Positions 21,299 to 32,773 of a stretch of DNA of 63,419 nucleotides are shown here, piece by piece; position 1 is the stretch's first letter; every line of letters starts with the position of its first letter. A program made the position numbers and the translations under genes. The notes beneath the pieces are model-generated. The model did no database searches, was not told the origin of the DNA, and saw only the letters and a list, made by a program, of their open reading frames with translations. Source of the DNA: Amoeboaphelidium occidentale (taxonomy: Eukaryota); assembly GCA_023515795.1 (NCBI GenBank), contig JALGPX010000069.1, forward strand, positions 1 through 63,419. The letters run 5' to 3'.

Positions 21299-23302
21299 TT
21301 ATTCAGATTTAACAGAATCTTGTCCTTCCATCGATAAATCTTCAGATTTGGGCAATGATGTCCTTGATGATCCTGTAGATCGAGGCTTAACGCTTGCCAA
21401 AACTGCTCCGTCCATGTTAATGGTTATTTCCTCTTGATTATCCGTGTTTTCGCTGTTTTTATGTTCCACGGCATCTTCGTAAACACTCTCTTCAGAGCTT
21501 TCAACTTCTGCCGGTTGTATGGAATCAAATCTCGACGGAGCAACAATCTTATCAGCTTCATATAACGTTGGAGGATCAGAAGGTCTGGCAAATAGGTCAG
21601 AAATGTTCCGCCGCGGTGGCACTGGAACTGGTTTGCCTTCATCGTCAACAGTTTTCAAAGCAGCTTGTATCACATCCATATCCCCTAGAGCATAAATAGT
21701 ATCTTTTCGAACAGGCGGAGGTTTTCCTGCAGAGTTTGCTTCTGTACCGTTGTCTGCCTTTTCTTCAGTGGTTTTTTTTGCAAAAGGGTTCTCTCGAGGA
21801 CCTGTCAACTTCCTTGGTGCCATTGTATCTTTTCTAATCGGAACAGGAATATGTTGTGTTGTTTCCTGACTTACTATTTCTGGTTGATTACTTGCTTTGG
21901 AATGTGTCAAAGTTGTAGAGGAAGACTTTCCAATATTTCCGATAGAGGGCAATTTAAGCTTTCCCATTTTACGACTCACTCCGTCCAGTAAATTTCGGCC
22001 TTCTTTTGCAAAGCTGTTAGCTTGATGAGGCTTTTCTACTGTTTGGACTTCAGCTTGAGCGGCAATAAGTTTCTGGTGATTGTTCCTAATTGAATCATAA
22101 CTAAGCATGAAGCCAGATGTTGGTGAGTGATTTCTAGGTCGATGTTCTTCCGTATTATCGTTAGATGCCTCTTGTGGGAAATCATCGTAGAATATCTCAT
22201 CATAATCCTTAATCAGAAGTTCAACAACTTTACTTGATGCTCCAGTATCAAGCAATTCAGCACCCAAGTTAAAGCCCTCTTTAGTTTCATTAATACTCAA
22301 TTTATCAGGAGATGGCCTTAATTTAAGTAAGTTCGGTGCAAAGCAGACTGCCAGATTACCAAAAGTCATCTTATTCAAATCACTTTCCTTAGAAATATCA
22401 TGTAATAAAGAAATCAAATGAACTAATACCAATGCATTATGGGATGGTAGATAAGATATTATTTTCCTTAGTGTCTGTATGCGTGTATAAAGTGTTTCCT
22501 CGGAAACGGGTATAGATGAGACTGCCAGAAACATATCGTACATTTCATAAGTCAATAATGGTTCTGGCAATTCACGAAAGAATAATTTCAACAATGCAGC
22601 GACAGTAGCTACACCTTTAGAAGCCAATATCTCCTGAGAAACGTGTCCTGTCTTGCTCTTGTGATAAAGATCTTTAAGTTCTCTGATTTCTGCAGCAGAG
22701 CCAGGAATTCTGAACACACCTTCCAAATCAGAAGTACCGAGCTTAGACCTTAAGTAATCTGTGCAGTCCTTAACAACTGTAGGAATACCACCTTCATCAA
22801 CTACGACTTCATCAAGCGCCACCCCAAATAATTTCTTCGTACCAGACAACTTAGCCTTGGTATCAGAAGCGAAAGCCTTTATGTTCTGCTTCATCTTCTG
22901 CATAGAAAATTTCTTCTTTTCCTTGTGACTCTTCTTTTCGGAAGTACCATGGGAAGATTGCGATGTCGAAACTGATAAGGAAGGAGCATCTCTTGCCGTT
23001 TCATCAGCATCAGCTGCATTTCCATCAGCAAAAGGATTCATGGAATCATCCTCATTATCCATCGGAGACTTTAGGTCCTTTCCGTTACCAAGATCGACTT
23101 CCTCCATGTCTCCCTGTGCGGCATCAGCACAATTCTCCTCGGAATCAAACTCATGTACCACTTGTGCAGCAATATCAGCATTATATTCCGTAGCATTATT
23201 CTGTGCATTAGAACTTGAAGACGTCAATGAGGAAGTTGAGTTCGGGTTCAAGCGATCCTTAGCATGAGAATCGTCTGCGTCTGCCATCTTTTCCCTAATC
23301 AA
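21299..23302 (-). CDS. RhoGAP domain protein
   Basis: LFGVAL...EGVFRIPG...LLKLFFRELPEPLL...NKMTFGNLAVCFAPNL. Confidence 0.9.
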   Translation of the reverse strand: MIREKMADADDSHAKDRLNPNSTSSLTSSSSNAQNNATEYNADIAAQVVHEFDSEENCADAAQGDMEEVDLGNGKDLKSPMDNEDDSMNPFADGNAADADETARDAPSLSVSTSQSSHGTSEKKSHKEKKKFSMQKMKQNIKAFASDTKAKLSGTKKLFGVALDEVVVDEGGIPTVVKDCTDYLRSKLGTSDLEGVFRIPGSAAEIRELKDLYHKSKTGHVSQEILASKGVATVAALLKLFFRELPEPLLTYEMYDMFLAVSSIPVSEETLYTRIQTLRKIISYLPSHNALVLVHLISLLHDISKESDLNKMTFGNLAVCFAPNLLKLRPSPDKLSINETKEGFNLGAELLDTGASSKVVELLIKDYDEIFYDDFPQEASNDNTEEHRPRNHSPTSGFMLSYDSIRNNHQKLIAAQAEVQTVEKPHQANSFAKEGRNLLDGVSRKMGKLKLPSIGNIGKSSSTTLTHSKASNQPEIVSQETTQHIPVPIRKDTMAPRKLTGPRENPFAKKTTEEKADNGTEANSAGKPPPVRKDTIYALGDMDVIQAALKTVDDEGKPVPVPPRRNISDLFARPSDPPTLYEADKIVAPSRFDSIQPAEVESSEESVYEDAVEHKNSENTDNQEEITINMDGAVLASVKPRSTGSSRTSLPKSEDLSMEGQDSVKSE

Positions 23303-23307
23303 ATTGA

Positions 23308-24168
23308 ATGGCTGAAAAAATCGACGTAAAATTTATAGAAATCGCTAAAGGCCTGGCGCATAATGGTGATACTCTTTTGCTTCTAATCGTAGTCATTAAC
23401 TGTTTGTGTAGACACCAAAGTGCGCAGGAAGACGATGATGGAAGACTTGAGGCAGTTGATCACGACATTCCATTTGACGCATTCGGAATCTTCATATCAC
23501 GATTCTGTTAATATGATGAAGCTATGGAAGGGTCTGTTTTACTGTTACTGGATGACCGATAAGCCTGTGGTTCAGGAGTACGTCGCTAAGGAAATGGCTA
23601 ATTTCACGCTTTTGTTCAATGATAATTCTCTGTCTTTGCTGTACCTTCAGTGCTTCTGGAGGATTCTGATGAGAGAATGGGTAGGCATTGACTATTTGAG
23701 GTAAACCTATAATTGCTACTAAAGAATCTTACGTGTTGGTAAAGGCTAAACAAGTATTATATGCTCGTAAAGGCAATGATTGTTGTTTCATTTGAATGGC
23801 TCAAAGAAGAGGAATGGGATGCGCAATGCATTGAGGCTTATAATGAATTCGTAGTATTGGAAGAAGTGTTGAATGAGTCCGGCTTGAAGATCGCGCCTGC
23901 TTTGTGTTATTACTATTGCGAGAAGTTGTTGGAGAGTTTTACAGCAAAAGACACGGAGCATTCTTCAGAAACTTTGAATACATTCATAATTCCGATTATT
24001 GAAGTGTACAGAAAGTCATACAAGTGGACTGTAGGCGGAAAAGTGTTGCGAGCAAAGATTGATGAATTTGTCTTTGGGCCATTGTTGCAAGAGCAAGTCG
24101 CTGAAGAGTACAAAGATTACGATCTGTCACATGTAAAGCAGTTAATAATTAGATTAAAAAGAAAATAG
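23308..24168 (+). CDS. RRP1: Nucleolar rRNA processing protein Rrp1/Nop52, 3 exons
   Basis: KLWKGLFYCYWMTDKPVVQ and REWVGIDYLR^LNKYYML across short introns. Confidence 0.88.
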
Positions 24169-24189
24169 AGTGAATATTTAAATTTACAT

Positions 24190-25668
24190 TTATTTACTTA
24201 ACCACGGACTTTGTAGCACTTGCTTTACAGTGGCTCTTTTCTTTGGGTCTGAATGCAACATTTGGCCCAGTAATGATAGTGCATCTTTTTCTAAACATCT
24301 AAACAATGGAAACACACTTCCTGATTTTTGGTATCTCAAGTACATGCAATAATTTGGATCTTTTGTTGACGCCAGTTCCCATGGGAATGATTTGCACAAA
24401 ATTGCAACAAGGACTATTCCCAAGGACCAAACATCAACTTTAGTTGGATCGTAGTCTTTTCCCATCCATTCCTCTGGGGCAATGTAAGGAGCACTTCCAC
24501 AAAGACCATGCGACATCTTTTTTCTTCCGGAATGCCCTAATTTGAATACAGAGCATAACCCAAAATCAATGATCTTTGCATTTCCGCCAGATATACAGAC
24601 GTTCTCTGGTTTCAAGTCACGATGCGCTATTCCTAAATCATGCAAATAATCTACACCTTCAACAATTTGTGTGAAGTATCTCTTCAAAGCGATTCTATCG
24701 CATGTTCCCTCTTTGATTACTGTGAACAGGTCTGTGTCGCAATACTCCATCACTTCATAGAATTTACCATCCTCCACAACCAACTCAAGTGTTCTGATGA
24801 TATGATCATGATCAAGAATAGCTCCAATACAATATTCCTTTGCCAAACATGCGGCGTAATGTTTCAAAGACTCTTTAGAATTAATCGCACGAAATTCCTT
24901 CACAGCAAACGTCTTGCCATCGTTCTTCTGAAACAGTTTAACAGTGCCACCAGTTCCTTTGCCAGCCACTCTCCAGCAGTTTCCATACATTGACTCAACC
25001 CTTCCGACGCGAACAATCGGCCAGTCTGAATGGCTTTCAACTTGCGAAGTTTTGTCCGGGACATAAGGATCATGCTTAACATGGAGTAAATCCAATTGTT
25101 TCAAAGGTGACAACGCGGACTCCAAGTCCCTAATTGAAACTGATAATGCTTTTGCAAGAATGCGCTCTTCTTCAGGAACCTCTTGCTCCACGAACAAGCT
25201 TGGAAATGTCCTTCTGAACCAAGCAACAATCGGTCCGACAACACGAGGATCCTTCTTCCTTTGAGGCCCAGTAACAATCTTTGCTGCTGGTTCGCTCTGT
25301 ATTGGAACAACCTCAGATTTTGCCATATCGACAGGATTTTGGTGCAACTTGTAACTCCAGGGAATTGTCTTGTTTAAGGATTTGTTGTCTGAAAGCATGA
25401 CGCAATTAACAAACTTGTCATTTGCCAACGACATTGCTCTTCTGTGCCTCTGTAAAGCCGCAGCCTGGTTTTTGCAAGTTGAACGTAATGGAGGCAAAGA
25501 AGCGCCAAGCGGGACTTGTTGAAGACTCTGCCTGAACAAAAGTTGATCTCTTGTTAGCGGAGGCGAAAGAGGCGTTGAAAGTGTCGAGACGCACTCGCAG
25601 GTCGGCAGATGCGTCACTGGAGTGGACTTATCAGGTTCTTGTTCAAGTGTTTCGGTATCATCTGCCAT
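24190..25668 (-). CDS. Ser/Thr protein kinase, fungal HAL/NPR(SAT4)-like
   Basis: FAVKEFR, KEYCIG..LDH, AHRDLKPEN, DFG, GSAPYIAPEE. Confidence 0.88.
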   Translation of the reverse strand: MADDTETLEQEPDKSTPVTHLPTCECVSTLSTPLSPPLTRDQLLFRQSLQQVPLGASLPPLRSTCKNQAAALQRHRRAMSLANDKFVNCVMLSDNKSLNKTIPWSYKLHQNPVDMAKSEVVPIQSEPAAKIVTGPQRKKDPRVVGPIVAWFRRTFPSLFVEQEVPEEERILAKALSVSIRDLESALSPLKQLDLLHVKHDPYVPDKTSQVESHSDWPIVRVGRVESMYGNCWRVAGKGTGGTVKLFQKNDGKTFAVKEFRAINSKESLKHYAACLAKEYCIGAILDHDHIIRTLELVVEDGKFYEVMEYCDTDLFTVIKEGTCDRIALKRYFTQIVEGVDYLHDLGIAHRDLKPENVCISGGNAKIIDFGLCSVFKLGHSGRKKMSHGLCGSAPYIAPEEWMGKDYDPTKVDVWSLGIVLVAILCKSFPWELASTKDPNYCMYLRYQKSGSVFPLFRCLEKDALSLLGQMLHSDPKKRATVKQVLQSPWLSK

Positions 25669-25781
25669 TTGGTTAGTCGGATAGTTGATCGCGGAAAATC
25701 TTGGATTCAGCGGTTAGCGATCGCTTCGTCACAAGTCACGCCCTGTAGCACGAAATTATTAAGTAATGAACAATTTTATGA

Positions 25782-27613
25782 TTATTCAAGGATTTCATCA
25801 TCAGGATTATTGATAGAATCCAAATCAATATCATATACACTAAAAGTACGCTTCTTTCCAACTACAGCGAGTTTTCTCGATGACGAAATGTCAAACACAA
25901 TCTTAGCCTTGGAACTATGACCAATAAGCGTAGCATTATCCAAGACCAATGTATCCTCTTCCGTACAGGGTTCGTCAAGAAACGATTCCAAGTTTGCATA
26001 ACAGAGATAATGATTGTTTGAGCATTGTAGAATCATAAATAAAGACGTGTTGTCAAAGGCTTTAAGCTGCTGAACTTCTGGTGACAAGTCGTTGTGCCCA
26101 TCAAGTGCGACATTCAAAGTAGTTTTGCTATTGAGTATCAACCTATTTCCAGAATCCATGTGAACAGGAATAATTTCATCATCCCTTCTTATTAAAGCAT
26201 ACTTCTCTGATGGCACAGAAAATTCTCTTCGATCTGAGTAAGTCCATTTGAAAGATCCTATTAAACTCTGATACTGAATATCTTTGAGTTGATTCTGGAT
26301 TTCTTTGAACCTGGTCTCAAAAGGCTTAACGTTTCCATTCAATACAGAATTCTCAAAATACTCAAAGCTAGATTCCAAATGCATATACCAGGATTTAACA
26401 AAGCTAATCAGTTTGACAGTATCTCCTTGGAAATCTTTCTCTGATGCCATAAAATCATGGAACTCTTTAAAGAGCTGCCTCTCTTTTGCTAATTCGACTG
26501 TGAAATCATCGAATGAGAATAGGAACCCCTCAATTAGTTGAAGCAAGTTCTTGTCACTCGAAATAACGGCTGACTTTGATGCAATCATGAACAATCTCAT
26601 TATGCCCTTCTTGATCTCATGAATGCATTTCAGCATATTCTCAGTTCCTTTTTCTAAAGAAGTGTTCCATTTTGAGACATTGATCATATCAGCAATTTGT
26701 TGCTTTTTGTTTGTATGCATTGCGATCATCTTGAGCATTTCTTGCAGATTGACATCATTCTTCAATAATTTATCTAAATATTCTTTGGAATAGAATTTAA
26801 GCTGATTCTTGTAATCTTCTCTAATTGTCTGGAGTAATTGATTAATATAAGTTTCCAGCATGCGATTACATTGAGCAAATTCCCTCACAAGCTCATGATT
26901 GTATTCAAAATCTATACTTCTCATTTCAGAATCAGTTATGAACTTAATACTAGTTTTATCAGTACAAACGCCCTCCTTAAAGTCTGGTATTGCATAAAGA
27001 CCAGCCAACTGAATGTACGGACCATCCAAATAGAGCAAGAACAAGTAGCCCTTGTAGTAACACACGTTCATACTTGCATCCTCTTCTGCATCACCATAAA
27101 GCGATGGGAACACTGATAAAGCTGCGTCCGAAATGCTTGTAGTAACGTCTGGTTTATCCAAAGCAAACCATTTTACGTGAACACTTACAGCCTGATCATT
27201 AATACTCAAACCAATACTTTCCAGCACAGAACATAAACTTAAAGTGCCTTCGATCTCCCCTGTTTCGATGTCAATAGTTGAGACAGTACCATTCTGTTCC
27301 ATTGCGACAATCTTTGTACCTTCAAACGATTAGTTAATCGCACTTTCCAGCTTAATAGAAAATTACCATTCTCATTCCATTCAACACAAAGAACATCAGA
27401 ACTGAAAGCTGGGCTCGTATAGATTGCTTGACCATCCAACCTGTAAACAATAATCTTATTTCCACTTGTAACAACCGCAATTAAATCTATCTTGTCATTG
27501 CATTTGAACATTTTAATCTCATGGCTCTGCTTCTCATTCAGAGTCGCATTAGTAAATGTATCGAATGAGGGCAAATCCAGTAATTCCGCCGTCGTAGTTG
27601 TTTTAGCGAGCAT
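25782..27613 (-). CDS. APC4: Anaphase-promoting complex subunit 4-like
   Basis: N-terminal WD40-like KIDLIAV...IVYRLDGQ...VEWNENG, an intron, then a long helical region. Confidence 0.65.
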
Positions 27614-27816
27614 CCTTCCGACAAAGAAAACCAAACCGCAGCGATTAAGAAGATCTTGAAGGATTACAGTGCACAGAAGGTTATAATCGTCTCCTATCAC
27701 TCAAATAAAATCGTTTAAATTCCCTTCTTAATGAAATAGCACGCTACTTTCAGGCACAAGATACTTTTGGCTCCAAGCTCGCCGATCATAGATTTCCTTT
27801 CGCCAACAACTTTCAA

Positions 27817-28734
27817 ATGTCGCTAAGTGCACAGGCTACGCTCGCAAAGACTTTTGTCAACGCAGTTCCCCGTTCTTTTGGTGCTGTAGCAGCTGCGCCA
27901 TCCTCCACCAGAGCGCTCAACATTCTGAAGCACTCTTCTAATGACGACGATGATCACAAGAGGAATGACGACAAGAAGTGGAGCCAACTAAGAGCGTACT
28001 CAACCACCAGAGTCATTCCATCAGGTAACACTTTTACTTTAAAGCTGTATGATATCTCATCTCTTCTAATTCAGGCTCAACTGTCAAATTTGCCCAACAG
28101 CAGCGATTCTACTCAAAGAAAGTGGAGACTACACAAATCCCTGACTTTTCCGCATACAAAAAGACATCTTCCGCAACTACGAATGAAAACGGAAGAGCGT
28201 TGCATTACGTCATGATGGGCACAACTGGCTTCGTTGGTGCGATGGCTGCAAAGAACTTGGTTGTTGATTTCCTGACGCAATTGACGCCCGCTGATGATGT
28301 TTTGGCTCTCGCAAAGGCTGAAGTTGATATTTCTGGTATTCCGGAAGGAAAGAATGTCACAATTAAGTGGCGTGGTAAGCCCGTGTTCATTCGCCACCGT
28401 ACTCAGGCTGAGATTGATGAAGCTAATTCTGTTGCTTTGAATCAGTTAAGAGATCCAGAGACTGTAAGTTTATTTTAGTTTTCCGGAGTGGTTAATTTAT
28501 TTAAAGGATGCTGATCGTGTCAAGAAACCAGAGTGGCTGGTTGTTTTGGGTATCTGCACGCATTTGGGTTGTGTCCCTATTGGAGAAGCTGGTGATTATG
28601 ATGGTTGGTACTGTCCATGCCACGGATCGCATTATGATATCTCTGGTCGTATTAGGAAGGGACCAGCTCCTTTGAACTTGGAAATACCTCCTTATGATTT
28701 CAATGAAGATGATACCAAGCTAATTATTGGTTAA
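27817..28734 (+). CDS. RIP1: Cytochrome bc1 Rieske iron-sulfur subunit, 3 exons
   Basis: [40 protein letters not shown]. Confidence 0.97.
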
Positions 28735-28755
28735 AAATAAAAAATGGGATACACT

Positions 28756-29697
28756 TCAAATACTCAGTACTTTTAGACCTGTTGGTGGCACTTTAATCGT
28801 AGCCTTTTCCACCTGAAGATCTTTCTCTGTTTTACTTTCTCCAGAACGGTTCATCTTTTTGGCTTTTCTTTCCTTCTTCTTGCGCGCCTTTTGCTCTCTT
28901 GAAGTCAATCTTCTTTCAGTCTTTTTTGTTTCGACCTCTGGCTCTTTGTCAACTTCAGGCTCAGGCTTAGGCTCTTTAAAAACAGGCAGCTCTTCTTCTT
29001 CTTTATCTTTAACTGAAAGGGTTATGAGCTCCTCTATAGTCTGATCAATATCATAATGTGCATCTGTTAGTGTTTGTTGTATTGTTTGAACATCTGAAAC
29101 ACCTGTAGACGTCACAATGTGCTTCAATTTCCACTCAGGCAATTCTTCAGAATCATCTTGTAATTCTGCAACTGAATTTTGACTTGGCTTTTCCATTTCG
29201 AATACGCCGTCGTTGGGACCATCTACAGGTCTTACTGATGAATAATGCTCAAAAGAATGATACGCAATGTGAATAGTTCTCTTCTTGCCAGTGTCACCTT
29301 CAGACGCATCAATTGTCAGTATCAGTCCATCATCCTGATATATACAAATGAGAACGTGGAATAACTTTGAGAATGCAACCAACTCCAAATTACCACCATA
29401 AGTTCCATCCTGCCGCATAAGCTTCAAATGATGCTCCAGAGAATCATCAGGTATAAATGGCGCAAAGTCTTGAGGATGATCTTCCATGAAATCGCATACT
29501 TTAGCGCGATATATAGAATGGTTTGAAGGTGATCCTTCGTATTGATCGCATAGCGCCCTGAACAGACAGTTTCCATCGCCGCGCAGGTCTTTAATCTTCA
29601 GGCCCAACTTATGCAAATGCGACTCGACTTGTCCTGGCGCGCTACTTACACCGAACTTCCGCGCTTTTGATTTTTCATTTCTCTTGGACTTCCCCAT
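28756..29697 (-). CDS. OTU-domain deubiquitinase (OTUD3-like)
   Basis: GDGNCLFRAL catalytic Cys box and EHYSSVR His box. Confidence 0.9.
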   Translation of the reverse strand: MGKSKRNEKSKARKFGVSSAPGQVESHLHKLGLKIKDLRGDGNCLFRALCDQYEGSPSNHSIYRAKVCDFMEDHPQDFAPFIPDDSLEHHLKLMRQDGTYGGNLELVAFSKLFHVLICIYQDDGLILTIDASEGDTGKKRTIHIAYHSFEHYSSVRPVDGPNDGVFEMEKPSQNSVAELQDDSEELPEWKLKHIVTSTGVSDVQTIQQTLTDAHYDIDQTIEELITLSVKDKEEEELPVFKEPKPEPEVDKEPEVETKKTERRLTSREQKARKKKERKAKKMNRSGESKTEKDLQVEKATIKVPPTGLKVLSI

Positions 29698-29711
29698 TTC
29701 ACTCTGTCGAA

Positions 29712-30611
29712 ATGAAAGAACTTTTAAGCAAAGAAGACTTTAAAGATTTTATTGATAGAATTGATACCTTCCTTTTGGACTGCGATGGTGTGTTGTGGCA
29801 CGGTAATGAAGTTCTGCCTGGCATAAAGGAAACTTTGGCATATCTGCGTCAATTGAAGAAGCGTCTGATATTCGTAACCAATAACAGCACCAAATCTCGC
29901 GAGGGTTATCTGAAAAAGTTCACGTCTCTGGGAATAGAGGCTAAAAAGGAAGAAATCGTCTGTTCGAGTTATGCAGCAGCTGTTTACATCTCCAAGTTTG
30001 CAGATTTACCGAAAGATCGAAAGATTTACGTCATCGGAGAACGTGGCATTTGTGATGAATTGGATGACGCTGGTCTTCAATGGGTAGGCGGGCCAGAAGC
30101 GGATCGTGAGTACTTGGTTACAGAAGAAGACAGAAGGTCGATTCAGCCTGATGATTCTATAGGTGCTGTTCTTATGGGCTTCGATAATTGTTTCAATTAT
30201 CGTAAACTGTCTAAAGCGCATTGCTACATAAGATACAATTCTTATTGTGAATTCTACGCGACAAATGATGATGCTACGCTGCCAATTTATGATAAGTTGT
30301 TTCCAGGGACTGGTTGTAATATTCAAGCTCTTGCGACTGCTACTGGCAGGAAGCCTCTTGTGTTTGGAAAACCTAATAAGCCTATGATGGATGCAATTTT
30401 GAAATCCTTTGATCTTAACAAGAGAACGACTTGTATGGTTGGTGATCGTTTGAATACAGATATTCAGTTTGGGCTTCAAGGAGGTTTGAGGACGCTTTTG
30501 GTGTTAACAGGTGTCACTCAATTGAATGACCTAAATTCTCTGCCTGACTCTGAGAAGCCTCATTTTTACACGAATACTTTCGCTGATTTGCTAAGAATAA
30601 CCGGTGAATAG
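29712..30611 (+). CDS. PHO13: HAD-IIA phosphatase (4-nitrophenylphosphatase / phosphoglycolate phosphatase)
   Basis: DCDGVLW, FVTNNSTKSR, GKP, MVGDRLNTDI. Confidence 0.92.
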   Translation: MKELLSKEDFKDFIDRIDTFLLDCDGVLWHGNEVLPGIKETLAYLRQLKKRLIFVTNNSTKSREGYLKKFTSLGIEAKKEEIVCSSYAAAVYISKFADLPKDRKIYVIGERGICDELDDAGLQWVGGPEADREYLVTEEDRRSIQPDDSIGAVLMGFDNCFNYRKLSKAHCYIRYNSYCEFYATNDDATLPIYDKLFPGTGCNIQALATATGRKPLVFGKPNKPMMDAILKSFDLNKRTTCMVGDRLNTDIQFGLQGGLRTLLVLTGVTQLNDLNSLPDSEKPHFYTNTFADLLRITGE

Positions 30612-30632
30612 AGAGTTATTTTAATTAGTTAG

Positions 30633-32618
30633 TTAGGAGAAGTTTGCAACAACTATAGGCTGAATCACTTCATCTAGATTCTCAAATGTCGCATACTTAG
30701 CCACCATCACACTGTAAACTCCGCCAGGCTCAGTAGAATCTCTTGGAAGAGGACATAGGAAACTGAATGTGCTCCATTCTTGAGGGCGAACAATTGCATG
30801 ACTCAAAGCATCATCATATTCACAACGAGTTGAAACACCACCAAGAGCAACAGATGATTCACAAATACGAACAACAGCAGTCGGAAGATCAGCGCGTGAG
30901 CTCTTGTAACTGACAGATATAGTAGTTTCTTCTCCTGGAGTACAAGGTAATGAATTATATGCAACAGACCAACCACAGTTTCTCATTTCAGAGTAAGGTC
31001 TTACATTTCTTTCGCATTTAGCTGTAGTGGATGCTCCTGCAGTTCTTACTCTTACTTTGGTTTTGTTCAAATTGTTCATGGCATAATTTGTTTCCAAATC
31101 ACAAACAGGACGAGTAGCATTCACAGATTTCTTCATTAATTTGAAACGCTCTTCTTCTTTGTGCAAGATCTGTTTCTTTGGCTTCTCAGTCAACGCTGGC
31201 AGACCTTCGCACATGAATCCATAGGTATTAATTCTAGTTCTCAGAACTCTTGTCCTATCATCATTAATTTTTGTGATGTCGACCCATTGACAAGGTGATC
31301 CAACAGGTATTGTGTATGCCCAACCTGATGAGATGCCCTGCCAGTCACAAGAATCATAATCAGTTGCCAAAGGAGAGTATTCGTGGTTCTGCAAACGCTG
31401 GGTATCATGAACACAAGTTGCGATCGGAACTCCTTGAAGTTTAGCAAGAGAGTAATTTCCAAACAATGTATACTTGAAATCTCCTGCACATTTATCATAT
31501 GAATAAATACCAGAGTCAATAAAAAGAGAAGGATTTCCTTCTTTACCAAACCTTGCAACGTTCAAGAATCTAGCGATACCAGTATTCAAAGCATTTGTTG
31601 AAAACGTCAATAATCTTCTCCATCCTGTTCCAGTTACACATGGAGTGCTAGAAGCATAACAACTATCAGGAGGAAAGTAGCGGTAAACAACTTTTGCATC
31701 TTTAACATCAGGAACTGCAAGATCTCTCTCACGAATTGCAGAACCAACACGATATTTCTTTGCAAGACTTTCTTTGTATGGAATTCTTGTCCATGTAACA
31801 TTGACTCTTTCAATACCAGAGAATAATTCCAAAGAATCCAAACAAGAAAACTCAGAATCGTGGAAGACATGACATTGATGATCAGGATTTAACCTTCCAC
31901 CTGTGCAGGTATCATCAAAGAACATCCTTAAATTTAAGTTTCAACTTAAAGGAAAAAGTTACCAAGCATTAAAAGAATTTGCAGAATCCAAGGAAAGCCT
32001 AGACTCGTCAATACAAGCGAAACCAGTTCTTTGTAAGAAATAATCAGTATCTCTGGGAAACACGACGGTATCAACCCACTGGCCACCTTCTTCAGCAAGG
32101 GAAGGCTACAGAACATCAGCATTTAGCAATTTTAAAAGTACCTCAGCAAGTTTAACGGATCCACGCCTCGCAACAACGACGCTCTCAAACGTGTACTCCA
32201 TCGCGATAAACTTATTGTCGCCTTCATTGATCTCAAACGGACCGCGACCATTTGGGTCGATCTTAATTTTCCATACTTTCTCTGGTGGGAACACTAATTG
32301 GCCCTTTTCTTCGCCCGGGTAATAAAATCTTCTGTAGACTTGTTTGTGCAGTGTAAACTTTGCTTGTTGTCTAGCCTTCTTCAGCCAGTAATTCTTTGGA
32401 GGATTCTTAAAACCATTAAGCAATGTCTCAATAGTCTTCTCTGTGAACTCTTGACCATCCAAGTTAGTAGGAACCAAGGATGCAACCACTGAAGTGTAAG
32501 ACACGGAAATCAAAGCGCCAGGATTCGGGTCGAAAGCGCTGATTTCCTGAAACTCCGGTTTCTTCTGGCACATGATGAAGGGCAGCAGTGCAAAGAAACT
32601 TAAAAGTCTTTTAGTCAT
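30633..32618 (-). CDS. Secreted lysyl-oxidase-like protein, multi-exon, apparently lacking the copper-binding His motif
   Basis: Signal peptide MTKRLLSFFALLPF; GWRRLLTFSTNALNTG and QGISSGW...CQWVDIT resemble the LOX catalytic domain. Confidence 0.6.
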
Positions 32619-32773
32619 TTCGAAACTGAAAAATAAATGAGCTGAAACGTGAGCGTCATGTCCAGCATTGTTTTTTGTTGGGCAACAATCGCGCTCAATT
32701 GTCACGAAAAGAATGCCAGCGTCTTAGCGAATGTCAAAACACCTTGCTCGGGGTTATTCACATGATATCAAGT

